A DNA stretch of 51,007 nt from Candidatus Binataceae bacterium (GTDB lineage: Bacteria > Desulfobacterota > Binatia > Binatales > Binataceae). Shown here one piece after another: positions 19,425 through 28,963 of this stretch (the first letter of the stretch is position 1; every line of letters starts with the position of its first letter). A program made the position numbers and the translations under genes. Where the stretch lies: the NCBI GenBank assembly GCA_050010455.1, contig JBEKLA010000025.1, positions 1 to 51,007 on the forward strand, given 5' to 3'. The notes under the pieces are model-generated. The model saw nothing but the letters and a program-made list of their open reading frames with translations, was not told where the DNA came from and did not search any database.

Positions 19425-19688
19425 ATTTGAGTTAGCACCAAACCGACAAGTGGGCAAGAAAAGAATCAAACAGTAAATCGCTAAAATCCACAATTCTGTA
19501 GAGAAGTAACATCGCTCATCCGCAGTGGCCAAAGCCGGTGCTATCGGGAAAACCCTTTTAGAATCGGCTTGAAAGTCCCGATTATGGCATTGGGCAGAAT
19601 GGTTTTCTAGCTGAATAGGATTAGAATGAGACACTTTATCGAGCGATATCGTCTAATAGTTGCCGCCTCCGCAACGTGCGCTTCAGAC

Positions 19689-20096
19689 TCAGTTGCCGTA
19701 AGCGTTGCGGCCCCGATCCAGACGAATCGAAAAGTCGCTTGCGCCGGTCAATTCGCGCGCCGGCGTCTTGAACGGGACCTCGGCTTCGTGGCGCAACCCT
19801 TCGACTCTAATCTTGTCCTCGGCCAGCTTTTTTCCCCGTTGGTCGAAGTAGCTGACCTCTACGCTGATCGCTTTTAAATCGGAGCCGCTGTTTTTCAGGA
19901 CGCCCTGGACGAAAACGCGATCGCCCTGGCGTTCGATATGGCCGTTAACCACCTGCACCGGCTCGATCATCACAAGCGAATAAAGGACAAAAACAATGAA
20001 GGCCGCCGCGACGGCGAGCAGAACTATCGAACGCCTGCGTGATTTGGTCTTCTCACGCCCGTGATTGGTTTGCGCTTTGGATGGTGATATCGGCAA
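19689..20096 (-). CDS. Membrane-anchored FxLYD-like domain protein
   Basis: TTG start with GGAGA upstream. Basic N-terminus and one TM span (IVLLAVAAAFIVFVLYSLV). Beta-rich C-terminal domain with VEVSYFDQRGK. Confidence 0.5.
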   Translation of the reverse strand: MPISPSKAQTNHGREKTKSRRRSIVLLAVAAAFIVFVLYSLVMIEPVQVVNGHIERQGDRVFVQGVLKNSGSDLKAISVEVSYFDQRGKKLAEDKIRVEGLRHEAEVPFKTPARELTGASDFSIRLDRGRNAYGN

Positions 20097-20165
20097 GGTC
20101 CGTCTCCGATGCAGAGGTCAACTGCCTGGGAAAAATAGATCCTCAAGCGTCATTACACGCCAGAC

Positions 20166-20330
20166 TCAGTAGGAACGCGGCAGGCCCAGCACATGCTCGC
20201 TGATCGAGTTTAATGCCATCTCCTGGCTAAGCGGAGCAATTTTCAACAGCCGCGCTTCGCGAAAGTAACGCTCGACGTCGCCCCTTCTGCGTCGCAATGC
20301 TAGGCCGCGATTGTGCTGCTGGCAAGCGCC
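20166..20330 (-). pseudogene. 3' remnant of an acyl-CoA dehydrogenase gene
   Basis: The last ~37 codons, DVERYFREARLLKIAPLSQEMALNSISEHVLGLPRSY*, match the ACAD C-terminal signature (ERxxRDAR..I.GGTxEIxRNxIxExVLGLPR). Nothing upstream encodes the remaining ~340 aa. Confidence 0.55.
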
Positions 20331-20597
20331 GCCGCGGGTCGATCGGGCTTGGGGATTCTCTCTCATTCGGCGCGGTTAATCGATGACTAAACAGGCGGCA
20401 GATGCCGCTTCGACAGGCGGTTTTGACCAGGTTCGTTGTTCGGTTTGCCTTTCTCTCTGTGCATATCTGCGATGTCGGCGTGGCTAATAGCGTCGGTACA
20501 ATTCTTGAAGATGGCCTGATAATCCGTTGTGATGGTGACGGCTTTTTAGGTGAACGTCGCGTAATCCAAATCGGCGCTAGACGGACAGAGGTGAAGA

Positions 20598-22157
20598 TTG
20601 ATGATGAGAAAGATACCGACCAACATGATGACCGGGTTCAGACTCCTGGGACTGCTAGGGATGCTGCTGGTGCTGGGTGCCGTCACGGTCCGCGCTGCGG
20701 ACGAAGACCCGCCGACTACCTCAGCCAAGAGGAAGGGAGGAGTTATACACAGACCGATCAATCCTATAGGTCTAAAGGCCGCGCACCGGGATATCGACCA
20801 GCTTCGCGGCGACGTAGACAATCTGCGCCGGCAGGAGAGCGATAACGTTACCGCCGTGCAGAAGATCCAGCACGACATCAAGGTGGCGCTGCCGGCGACC
20901 GCGAATGCCGCGCCGCAAACGATCGGCGAACACGTCGCGGTGGTGGAAAAGGATCTGTCTGATACCAAGAAGAGCCTGGCCGACAACCTTGGTGTCCATG
21001 TTCATGGGCTGGTTGACGCCACCTATGAGTACAATCTCAACCATCCCGAATCGCAGCCAGGCCAGTCCGGTAGCGGGATTAACCAGTATCGGCAGTTCGA
21101 CACCGATCCCAACGGCTTCGAGCTGACGCAATTTCAGTTGCACGTCGACCGCACGGTTGAAAACGGCCTCGGTTTTGTTGCCGACATCAATTTTGGCAAA
21201 ACTGCCGAAGTCCTGAGCGCCGACACTCGTTACAGCAACGGTTCTCCATCGAACGAGGAGGTCGATCCAACGCAGGCCTACGCGACCTACACGGTTCCGG
21301 TGGGGAGTGGAATCAACCTTTCGGCCGGAAAATTCGTCACCCTGCTCGGCGCGGAGGTTATCCCCACTTACAACAACCTGAACTACAACGAATCGCGCGG
21401 CCTGCTGTTCACGCTTGGCGAGCCGCTGACTCATACCGGGGTCAGGGCCAACTACGCGTTCAACGACAAGATCGCGCTGACGATGGGAGTCAACAACGGA
21501 TGGAACGACGTCTCCGACAACAACGACGGCAAGACTATTGAAGGCGAGATTTCGCTGACGCCGAATGCGGCCTGGACGATCCTGTTAAACGGGATATTCG
21601 GACCGGAGCAGGCTAACCACGGTAATTCGAAGCTTGGCGCGATCGATCCGGTCGTGACCTGGAAGACTCCGCTCACCGGCGTAACGCTGGTCGGCGAGTA
21701 CCTCTACGCTCATGAAGACAATCCGGTGGCGGTTTCGCCACTGGCGCTCGGCGCCAATCAGGGACCCAACCCGCTGCTTGAGTTGTCGGGATGCCCGGTC
21801 ACGCAGTGCGTTCGCCATGGAGTCGACTGGCAGGGAGGTGCCGGCTATATCGTCTACGACCTGAACGACAAGATAGAGCTTGTGGCGCGCGGCGAGTATT
21901 TCCGCGACAGCGACGGCGTGGCCAGTGGGCTCCGCCAGTCGCTCGGCGAGGTGACGCTGACGCTGAACTACAAGATCGCCAATGGGCTGTTGTGGCGGCT
22001 CGAATACCGTCACGACGAATCGAACGAGAGCCCGTTCTACACCAATCGTGGAACGCCGGCCAAGTTTGCGAGCCTGGTCGATCAAGGACTCGTGGCGCCG
22101 GTCTACACGATCTCGGGCCAGGATACGATGCAGGGCGCCTTTATCTACTCGTTCTGA
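20598..22157 (+). CDS. Outer-membrane beta-barrel porin (OmpL-like/bbp2-type) with N-terminal coiled-coil segment
   Basis: Signal peptide (LLGLLGMLLVLGAVTVRA). Heptad-like region DIDQLRGDVDNLRRQESDNVTAVQKIQ. Alternating beta-strand pattern. C-terminal ...GAFIYSF ends in an aromatic residue. Confidence 0.7.
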   Translation: MMMRKIPTNMMTGFRLLGLLGMLLVLGAVTVRAADEDPPTTSAKRKGGVIHRPINPIGLKAAHRDIDQLRGDVDNLRRQESDNVTAVQKIQHDIKVALPATANAAPQTIGEHVAVVEKDLSDTKKSLADNLGVHVHGLVDATYEYNLNHPESQPGQSGSGINQYRQFDTDPNGFELTQFQLHVDRTVENGLGFVADINFGKTAEVLSADTRYSNGSPSNEEVDPTQAYATYTVPVGSGINLSAGKFVTLLGAEVIPTYNNLNYNESRGLLFTLGEPLTHTGVRANYAFNDKIALTMGVNNGWNDVSDNNDGKTIEGEISLTPNAAWTILLNGIFGPEQANHGNSKLGAIDPVVTWKTPLTGVTLVGEYLYAHEDNPVAVSPLALGANQGPNPLLELSGCPVTQCVRHGVDWQGGAGYIVYDLNDKIELVARGEYFRDSDGVASGLRQSLGEVTLTLNYKIANGLLWRLEYRHDESNESPFYTNRGTPAKFASLVDQGLVAPVYTISGQDTMQGAFIYSF

Positions 22158-22179
22158 GGTTTCGAGGAACCGCGGCGCA

Positions 22180-22216
22180 GGGCGGGCTCGCGCATCGGGC
22201 GAGCCCGCCCTTTTTC
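22180..22216 (+). terminator. Rho-independent terminator after the porin gene
   Basis: gggcgggctcgc / gcgagcccgccc stem followed by ttttt. Confidence 0.7.
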
Positions 22217-22273
22217 TTAGTCGATTGGTGCAGTTAGGATACAGTTCGCCCGTTAAGACCGCTCCTTCGGCCA

Positions 22274-23287
22274 ATGAGCCCGACGCTTGCCCTAATCGTC
22301 CTGGTCCTGCTGATTGCCGGTCCGCTGGCTGCGGCGCCTCTGGAACGGAATATCGAGTTCTATTTTCTGGCGATCGGAGTGCTGGCGATCGTTTTGGCTC
22401 GGCGGCTTAGCTGGGCGTTGGCGTGCGACGCCGCTCGCGCTCCGGTAGGGATCGCGATCGCCGTTGCCGTATCCGGAGTAATCTTCGGCGCGACGCGAAG
22501 GCGGCTCGATCGGCTGTTCGTAAGGCTCGAATCGATGGCGCCGCGCAGCGTACTCTCCGGGCTCGCGGTCTTCGTGATCGCGTTGCTGTCGGGCGTAATC
22601 ACGGCAGTCGTGGCGGCGATGTTGCTCGCCGAGACGGTGAACTTGATGCGGCTGCCGGAGCCGGCACGAGTTCGAGTCACGGTCTTCGGATGCTACGCGA
22701 TAGGATTGGCCTCGGCTCTAACGCCCTTGGGCGGGCCGCTCGCCGCGCTGGCGGCCCGGGCGATGGGCCTTCCGTTCATCGGCCTTTTCGCGCTGCTGGG
22801 ACCGTACGTATTACCCGGTATCGTATTATGCGCGTTGGCCGCCGGATATTCGGCACGAGGATGGCTGTTGGAAAGGGGCGCTCTCGTCCATGTCCGCGAG
22901 CGATGGCTCGACGTTGTGCTGCAGACGGTTAAGATCTATGCCTTCGTTGCGGGATTGGTTCTGGTCGGCGAAGCGCTGGCGCCGTTCGCCGAGAGCTACG
23001 TCAGCAGGGTCAGTTCGCCGGCGCTGTTTTGGATGAACAGCATTTCGGCGGCGCTCGATAACGCGACGCTGGTCGCGCTCGAGGTCCACAAAATGAGCGC
23101 GGAGCGGGCGCGGATGGCACTTATCGCGCTGCTGGTCTCGGGCGGGATGCTGATACCGGGCAACGTGCCGAATATCATCTGCGCCGGACTCCTGAAGATC
23201 GGCAGCTCGGCGTGGGCGAGGGTTGCAATTCCATTGGGATTGGTAATGATGAGCGGATACTTTCTGATGCTGATTGGTCGCGCTTGA
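22274..23287 (+). CDS. Polytopic membrane protein, DUF1646-like putative cation transporter
   Basis: About 10 hydrophobic spans. The N-terminal PLERNIEFYFLAIGVLAIVL resembles my recollection of the DUF1646 family. Family call is tentative. Confidence 0.5.
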   Translation: MSPTLALIVLVLLIAGPLAAAPLERNIEFYFLAIGVLAIVLARRLSWALACDAARAPVGIAIAVAVSGVIFGATRRRLDRLFVRLESMAPRSVLSGLAVFVIALLSGVITAVVAAMLLAETVNLMRLPEPARVRVTVFGCYAIGLASALTPLGGPLAALAARAMGLPFIGLFALLGPYVLPGIVLCALAAGYSARGWLLERGALVHVRERWLDVVLQTVKIYAFVAGLVLVGEALAPFAESYVSRVSSPALFWMNSISAALDNATLVALEVHKMSAERARMALIALLVSGGMLIPGNVPNIICAGLLKIGSSAWARVAIPLGLVMMSGYFLMLIGRA

Positions 23288-23548
23288 TACTGGACAAACG
23301 GGTCTTAGCCGTGAGCATTCAGCAGGCAGATGCTTCCGCGTTGGGCGTTGCGCTTCATTCGATTTCGTGGCAGAAAGCACAGATGCCCGCGTCTTCGCGG
23401 CCTTTTGTGGAGCCGCCGTTGAGGTACGAATCTTGAATGCTTGGCCACGGGAGCGTTCGCCTTCGCGGCGGCCGACACTTTATTTGAGAGGCTCAAACGC
23501 AATTACAAAGGGCTTGCCCCCTAAGTGGCAAGGAGGATTGTGCGTCCG

Positions 23549-24961
23549 ATGACCCCAAAACAAGTTCTGCAGATGATCAAGGAAAAAGGGACTGGGCTGA
23601 TAGATCTCAAGTTCTTGGATCTATTGGGAACCTGGCAGCATTTTACCGTTCCTATCAGCGAGTTCCGCGACGAGTCGACCTTCGAGGAAGGGCTTGGTTT
23701 CGACGGTTCGTCGATTCGCGGATGGCAGTCGATAGAGTCCAGCGACATGTTGGTGATCCCGGACCCTGCTACGGCCGTGATGGAGCCTTTCACCAAGGAT
23801 CCCACGCTGACCATGATCTGCAACATCCAGGACCCGATCACCCGCGCCGATTACACCCGCGACCCGCGCAACGTCGCGCGCAAGGCCGAGGCCTATCTCA
23901 AGTCAACCGGCATCGCCGATACCGCCTACTTCGGCCCCGAGCCCGAGTTCTTCATCCTCAACGGCGTCCGCTACGACACCAACCAGCACTCCAGCTACTT
24001 CTACATCAATTCGGAAGAGGGCTGCTGGAACAGCGGTAAAGAGGGCGTCAACCTCGGCTACAAGCCGCGCTACAAGGAGGGCTACTTCCCGGTTGCGCCC
24101 AACGACAGCTTGCAGGATATCCGCAGCGAGATGGTGCTCGAGATGGAGCGGGTCGGAATCCGCGTCGAGAAGCATCATCACGAGGTCGCGACCGCGGGTC
24201 AGGCTGAGATCGATATGCGCTTCCAGTCGCTGGTCAAAATGTCTGACTGGCTGACCTGGTACAAGTACATCTGCAAGAACGTCGCGGTCCGCCACGGCAT
24301 GACGGTGACGTTTATGCCCAAGCCGATCTTTGGCGACAACGGCTCCGGCATGCACACCCATCAGAGCCTGTGGAAGGGCGAGACGCCGCTGTTCGCGGGA
24401 TCGGGCTACGCCGGGATGTCGGATATGGCGATGCACTATATCGCCGGCATTCTGCATCACGCGCCGGCGCTTGCTGCCTTCACCAACCCCGGCACCAACT
24501 CGTATCGCCGCTTGGTGCCCGGATTCGAAGCGCCGATCAACCTGGCGTACTCCAGCCGTAACCGCTCGGCTTCGGTGCGCATCCCGATGTACTCGCCGTC
24601 GCCGAAGGCCAAGCGAATCGAGGTCCGCTTCCCCGACCCGACTTGCAACCCGTATCTGGCGTTCTCGGCGATGTTGATGGCGGGACTTGACGGAATCCAG
24701 CGCAAGATGGATCCGGGCCAGCCGCTCGACAAGGACATCTATGCGCTGACGCCGGCGGAACTGGCCGAAGTGCCGAGCATGCCGCCGTCGCTCGAAGCCG
24801 CGCTCGATAATCTCAAGCGCGATCACGAATTCCTGCTCAAGGGTGACGTGTTCACTGCGGATCTGATCGAGACCTGGATCGATTACAAGATGAGCAAGGA
24901 AGTCAGCCAGACGCGGCTGCGGCCCCATCCGTACGAGTTTGCGCTCTACTTCGACGCGTAA
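23549..24961 (+). CDS. glnA: Glutamine synthetase type I
   Basis: Start set to ATG 23549 (AAGGAGG upstream). [41 protein letters not shown] and RIEVRFPD. Tyr is present in the adenylylation-site context DKDIYALTP. Confidence 0.95.
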   Translation: MTPKQVLQMIKEKGTGLIDLKFLDLLGTWQHFTVPISEFRDESTFEEGLGFDGSSIRGWQSIESSDMLVIPDPATAVMEPFTKDPTLTMICNIQDPITRADYTRDPRNVARKAEAYLKSTGIADTAYFGPEPEFFILNGVRYDTNQHSSYFYINSEEGCWNSGKEGVNLGYKPRYKEGYFPVAPNDSLQDIRSEMVLEMERVGIRVEKHHHEVATAGQAEIDMRFQSLVKMSDWLTWYKYICKNVAVRHGMTVTFMPKPIFGDNGSGMHTHQSLWKGETPLFAGSGYAGMSDMAMHYIAGILHHAPALAAFTNPGTNSYRRLVPGFEAPINLAYSSRNRSASVRIPMYSPSPKAKRIEVRFPDPTCNPYLAFSAMLMAGLDGIQRKMDPGQPLDKDIYALTPAELAEVPSMPPSLEAALDNLKRDHEFLLKGDVFTADLIETWIDYKMSKEVSQTRLRPHPYEFALYFDA

Positions 24962-24984
24962 GCCGGAATCGATGAATCGCTCAA

Positions 24985-25016
24985 GGGCGGCGGGCGTCGA
25001 GCCCGCCGCCCTTTTT
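24985..25016 (+). terminator. Rho-independent terminator after glnA
   Basis: gggcggcgggc - gtcga - gcccgccgccc followed by ttttt. Confidence 0.75.
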
Positions 25017-25044
25017 CTTGCATCGGAGACGTTTTGCAATGACG

Positions 25045-25095
25045 GACAGGCCGGGGCGCGGGCGAACCTTTAGTTCGCTCGCGCCCCGGCCTGTC
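25045..25095 (-). terminator. 23-bp-stem hairpin between the convergent glnA and DUF2007 genes
   Basis: gacaggccggggcgcgggcgaac pairs with gttcgctcgcgccccggcctgtc (one G-U pair). No U-tract on either strand. Confidence 0.4.
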
Positions 25096-25130
25096 ATGCG
25101 AGCGCTGGCTACGAATCGGGCGCGCCGACG

Positions 25131-25373
25131 CTAGTCCTCGAAGCCGAGTTGCTTTAGCGCCTCGCGCGCCTCGACAGCGTCATCCTTGTGGACCATCAGC
25201 CGAACCAGAACCCCCGGCGCGGTCCCCAGCATCCGCGACGATTCGTCGTCGAAGATGAAGGACTCGATACCCCCCTGTTCGAGCAGGTCGCGCGCCATCC
25301 CGACCTCTGTCGGATCGATTAGCGCAAGCACTTGCTCGAGCTCTGATTGGTCGGGAATTTTTTCCGAAGCCAT
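25131..25373 (-). CDS. DUF2007-like small putative signal-transducing protein
   Basis: 80 aa. Pattern LIDPTEVGMARDLLEQGGIESFIFDD...VRLMVHKDDAVEAREAL fits the small beta-alpha-beta fold family. Tentative. Confidence 0.55.
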   Translation of the reverse strand: MASEKIPDQSELEQVLALIDPTEVGMARDLLEQGGIESFIFDDESSRMLGTAPGVLVRLMVHKDDAVEAREALKQLGFED

Positions 25374-25453
25374 TGACCCCCGCTAAGACCCAAAACTGGA
25401 TCACTTCCAGACTAGCGCGCCCGCTGCGCCAGTGCACGACCCTATCCCGGTAA

Positions 25454-26095
25454 TCACGCTCGCTCGGAGGCGGGGCTTTCGCGCATGATCGCGCGGATGC
25501 GATTGTAAAGAAACGCCGCCGCGCCCAGCACTATCACGACGCCGATCACGCTGTCGAAGCGATGGAAGTAGGGCGCCAGATCGCGCCAGTGCTGGCCGAG
25601 CTTCATCCCGGCATAAGCCAGCGCGAGGCACCACGGATAGGAGCCAACTAACGTGTAAATACTGAAGCGCGCCAGATCCATCCGCGCGATTCCCGCCGGC
25701 AATGCGATAAACGTGCGAATCACCGGCAACAAACGGCTGAAGAAAACCGCAGCCGAGCCGTAGTTCCAGAAGAAGTGGTCGGCGATCTCGAGCTCATACG
25801 GCGGAATCAGCACGTAACGTCCGTAGCGCTCGAGAAACGGGCGTCCGCCGTGGACGCCGACGAAATAGGCGACGTACGATCCGAGCAGGCATCCCACCGC
25901 GCCGGCGATCGCCACGCCTTGCAGGCTGAAGTGCCCGGTCGACACCAGGTAGCCCGAGAACGGCATGATCACTTCCGAGGGCAGCGGGATGCAGGCGCTT
26001 TCGATCGCCATCATCATCAGCACGCCGCCGTACCCGGTCGCCGAAATCGTCGCGATAATGAACGCTGACAGTAGGGTCAGGATTTTTTCAACCAT
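25454..26095 (-). CDS. DedA family membrane protein
   Basis: IESACIPLPSEVIMPFSGYL, GRPFLERYGRY, RLLPVIRTFIALPAGIARM. Confidence 0.85.
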   Translation of the reverse strand: MVEKILTLLSAFIIATISATGYGGVLMMMAIESACIPLPSEVIMPFSGYLVSTGHFSLQGVAIAGAVGCLLGSYVAYFVGVHGGRPFLERYGRYVLIPPYELEIADHFFWNYGSAAVFFSRLLPVIRTFIALPAGIARMDLARFSIYTLVGSYPWCLALAYAGMKLGQHWRDLAPYFHRFDSVIGVVIVLGAAAFLYNRIRAIMRESPASERA

Positions 26096-26136
26096 CTAAT
26101 TGCCGAACTTAGCCCTTTATCCTGGAAGCTGTTCGC

Positions 26137-27090
26137 TCAGAGCACGAAGCGCGTGCCGACGCTGTTCTGCACGAACGCATTGGGAAACTCGCGCGCAATC
26201 GCATGCGTGGCGCGCCATCCGGTGCAATGCGCCGGTACTACCATCTGCGGACCGATCTCTTTCAACGCGGCGACAGTAGGGCCGATAATCGGTTCGAAGA
26301 TCGCGCCCGAGAGATGGAATCCTCCCATCACCGCATGCACTCGCTGAACTCCGGTCAGCTTCTGCGCGTGTCGAATCGTGTTGATCGCGCCGGCGTGGCC
26401 GCATCCGGTCAGAACCACCAGGCCCTTGCCCTTGAGGTTTACAACCACCGCCTGGTCGTCGTGAATTAGCGGGTCGGGCTGCCAGTGGCCCGCGACCTTG
26501 GCCTGATGAATCGGGAAGCCGGTCTCGAAGTCGGTTGAGCGATGGACCTGGCCGGTCACCATTATCAAACCGCCCACCAGGTACGACGGCGCGCGCTCCT
26601 GGATCAGCTCGATACCCTCGTGATGGAGCACGCGATAATCGGGCGGCGGCAGATTAAATTCGTGGCCGTCGGGGAAAACGACCTTGCGCTCGAGCAGCGC
26701 GTCGGGATGGAGCAGCAACGGCATCTTGCGCGGCCCCAGCCGCTCGACCAGCCCCATCAGTCCTCGGGTGTGATCGGCGTGGCCGTGGCTGAGCACGATC
26801 GTATGGAACTCCTTGGGCTTGCCGTCGAGTACGTCGAGATTGTGCGTCAGCCCGTTCTTGCTGAGGCCGGCGTCGAACAGAATCGAGTCGCTGGTGTTGC
26901 CGGCGCTGACCTTCACGATCGCGGCGAAGCCGTGCTCGGCGACCAGAGTTTCCTTCGTTAACCAGTCGGGACCGAGCGATACCCGCCTGACGGTTTCGGA
27001 ACCCGGCAGCAGCACGTCGATGAAATTATCGAGAACCGTGGTGATCTCGACCCGGTCGACCTCTTTGAGCGGCGTATTCTGCGATGCCAT
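26137..27090 (-). CDS. MBL-fold metallo-hydrolase
   Basis: IVLSHGHADHTRG (HxHxDH), CGHAG, later His/Asp ligands. Confidence 0.8.
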   Translation of the reverse strand: MASQNTPLKEVDRVEITTVLDNFIDVLLPGSETVRRVSLGPDWLTKETLVAEHGFAAIVKVSAGNTSDSILFDAGLSKNGLTHNLDVLDGKPKEFHTIVLSHGHADHTRGLMGLVERLGPRKMPLLLHPDALLERKVVFPDGHEFNLPPPDYRVLHHEGIELIQERAPSYLVGGLIMVTGQVHRSTDFETGFPIHQAKVAGHWQPDPLIHDDQAVVVNLKGKGLVVLTGCGHAGAINTIRHAQKLTGVQRVHAVMGGFHLSGAIFEPIIGPTVAALKEIGPQMVVPAHCTGWRATHAIAREFPNAFVQNSVGTRFVL

Positions 27091-27126
27091 CTTGACTAAC
27101 TCCGCGAGGGACGTTGCTTGTCCGGC

Positions 27127-27930
27127 TTACAGGTTGTCGTAGCGCGGCCGACGCTTCTCTTGAAAGGCGCGAATGCCCTCCTTAAAGAAGGGACTGCTGG
27201 TGCACAATAACTGATTACGATCCTCGACCGCCATCGCCGCTTCGAGGCTGCCGGCGTCGATGTTAACGGCCAGCCCGTCCTTGGTCAGGCGCAGGCCGAG
27301 CGGTGAGGTGTAGAGCATATCGTCGGCCAGCCGGCGCGCCGCGTTTTCCAACTCGCTATCGGGCGTCACCTCAGATACCAGGCCGGTGGCGAGCGCGCGC
27401 TTGGCGTCGATGAAGCGGCCGGTCAGCAGCAGTTCCGAAGCGACCGACATTCCCACCAGCCGCGGCAGGAAATAGGACGTTCCCATATCGGTTCCGGTGA
27501 GCCCGATACGAATGAACGCCGCGTTCATCCGCATCGATTCGCCGGCCAGCCGGACGTCGGCCGCCAGCGTCATCGAAAACCCGCCGCCGCAGGCAACTCC
27601 GTGGATAGCGGCGATAATCGGTTGCGGTGCCCGGCGCATCATTATCGGAATCTCGCTGACATGGCGCTGAGCGCGGACACCGGTGGTGGTATTGAAGAAT
27701 CCCGCAGGTCCGCTCTCGCCCTGCTCGCGCAAATCGAGGCCGGCGCAGAACGCCCGTCCCGCCCCGCGCATAATCACGACCCGCGTGCCGGTATCAGCCG
27801 GGAGGCCGCTGAAGAAGTCGCGCAACTCCTCGATCATGGTCGAGTTGATCGCGTTGAGCACATGCGGGCGGTTGAGAGTCAGCCAGACGATCTGGCCTTC
27901 GTGCTTTACGTCCAAAGTTTCGTAAGCCAT
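27127..27930 (-). CDS. Enoyl-CoA hydratase/isomerase (crotonase) family protein
   Basis: ORF trimmed to ATG 27928-27930 (GGAGAG upstream). WLTLNRPHVLNAIN, RAFCAGLDL, AIHGVACGGGFSM. Confidence 0.85.
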   Translation of the reverse strand: MAYETLDVKHEGQIVWLTLNRPHVLNAINSTMIEELRDFFSGLPADTGTRVVIMRGAGRAFCAGLDLREQGESGPAGFFNTTTGVRAQRHVSEIPIMMRRAPQPIIAAIHGVACGGGFSMTLAADVRLAGESMRMNAAFIRIGLTGTDMGTSYFLPRLVGMSVASELLLTGRFIDAKRALATGLVSEVTPDSELENAARRLADDMLYTSPLGLRLTKDGLAVNIDAGSLEAAMAVEDRNQLLCTSSPFFKEGIRAFQEKRRPRYDNL

Positions 27931-28093
27931 ACGATTTCTCTCCAAATCGGTTGTGCGTCGCGATTCAAATCCGGACCGGCTAACCATAGCGTGTCGCGCT
28001 GTTTGGGTTAAGGGCTGAAGAACGCACGCTTTCTGATACCTCGGCGGCGCGCTGGCTTGAATCGACGCGAGCGCGCGTGCGACGCTCGATATC

Positions 28094-28881
28094 ATGTCAA
28101 GCGAGGACCAAGAGCGTTCATCGCGACCCGTTGCGCCGGGCGCAACCTCCGGCGGGCGAGCGGGTGTAGCCGACTACTTTGGCCGTCTCGCGTCCGTGTA
28201 CGGCGAAGGCGAATACTATCGGAAGCGGCGGGCCGCCGTGATCGCGGCGATTAATCCGGAACTCGTGCGGGCGCGAACCGTTCTCGATCTCGGATGCGGC
28301 AACGGGCGCTATGCGGCGAATTTCGCGGAGGTCGCTCGCGACTCGCGGATCGTCGCGGCCGATTTGTCGTACGAGATGCTGAGCGCCGCCAGGCAACGAG
28401 GGATGAATAATATCCACCTGGTGCGGTGCGACGCTTCGGCGATCCCGTTTTCGTGCCGTTCGTCGCCGATCTCGATCGATGCCTGGCGGAGATCGTCCGC
28501 GCGCTCGCCAGCGGCGGGATGCTGATCGCGACCTTCGGCGGAAGCGGCGTGCGCGATCAACTGCGCCAGCGGATCGACGCCGAGCGATGGCGGCGATTCG
28601 AGTCGATCGCGTTCGGTGTCAGGCAGTTGGAGCGCGCAGATATCAGCGAGAGCCGTTATCGCGCCGCGTATCAACGAGCCGGGTTAATCCCGCAGACCAC
28701 GGATGTGTCGTTCACGCTGAGCTGGGCCGGACTCGAGGAGTGGATCGGGCTGCGATGGCTAAGCCTGGTTGACGAGTCGGAGCGCGTCGCGGCAGAGGAA
28801 ATCCTTAGGTTGATGCGGCCCGCCGACGAATCGTGGGCTACGGTACTTCACGAGCCGCTGATGGTCGGGCGCAAGCCGTGA
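28094..28881 (+). pseudogene. Class I SAM-dependent methyltransferase disrupted by an internal deletion/frameshift
   Basis: Frame 1 (28094..28525) carries motif I VLDLGCGNGRY and VRCDASAIPF. Motif III-like DLDRCLAEIVRALASGGMLI is in another frame (ORF 28426..28881). Only about 6 codons separate the two motifs, where this family normally has about 20. Confidence 0.5.
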
Positions 28882-28963
28882 CAGTGCGAGCGGTGGCGGG
28901 CGATCCTTAAACGCTCGCCACCACCCGCACTCGTCTTCTTAGCCGGGATTTCCGGCCTAAAAA

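Noticed and set aside
19432-19458. CIRCE-like word TTAGCACCA-N9-GTGGGCAAG
   Set aside because: Only the left arm resembles CIRCE (TTAGCAC). The right arm is not its reverse complement, and the site is not near any chaperone gene.
20402-20845. 147-aa plus ORF overlapping the porin start
   Set aside because: It is out of frame with the porin gene, which has an RBS, a signal peptide and barrel features. No motif is present, so it is a shadow ORF.
23288-23548. Search for a sigma-54 (TGGCAC-N5-TTGCW) promoter, NtcA site or glutamine riboswitch upstream of glnA
   Set aside because: TGGC-containing words are present (tggccacgggagcgttcgc, tggcagaaagcac), but none has the GG-N10-GC spacing. No GTA-N8-TAC site and no convincing conserved fold could be recognised by eye.
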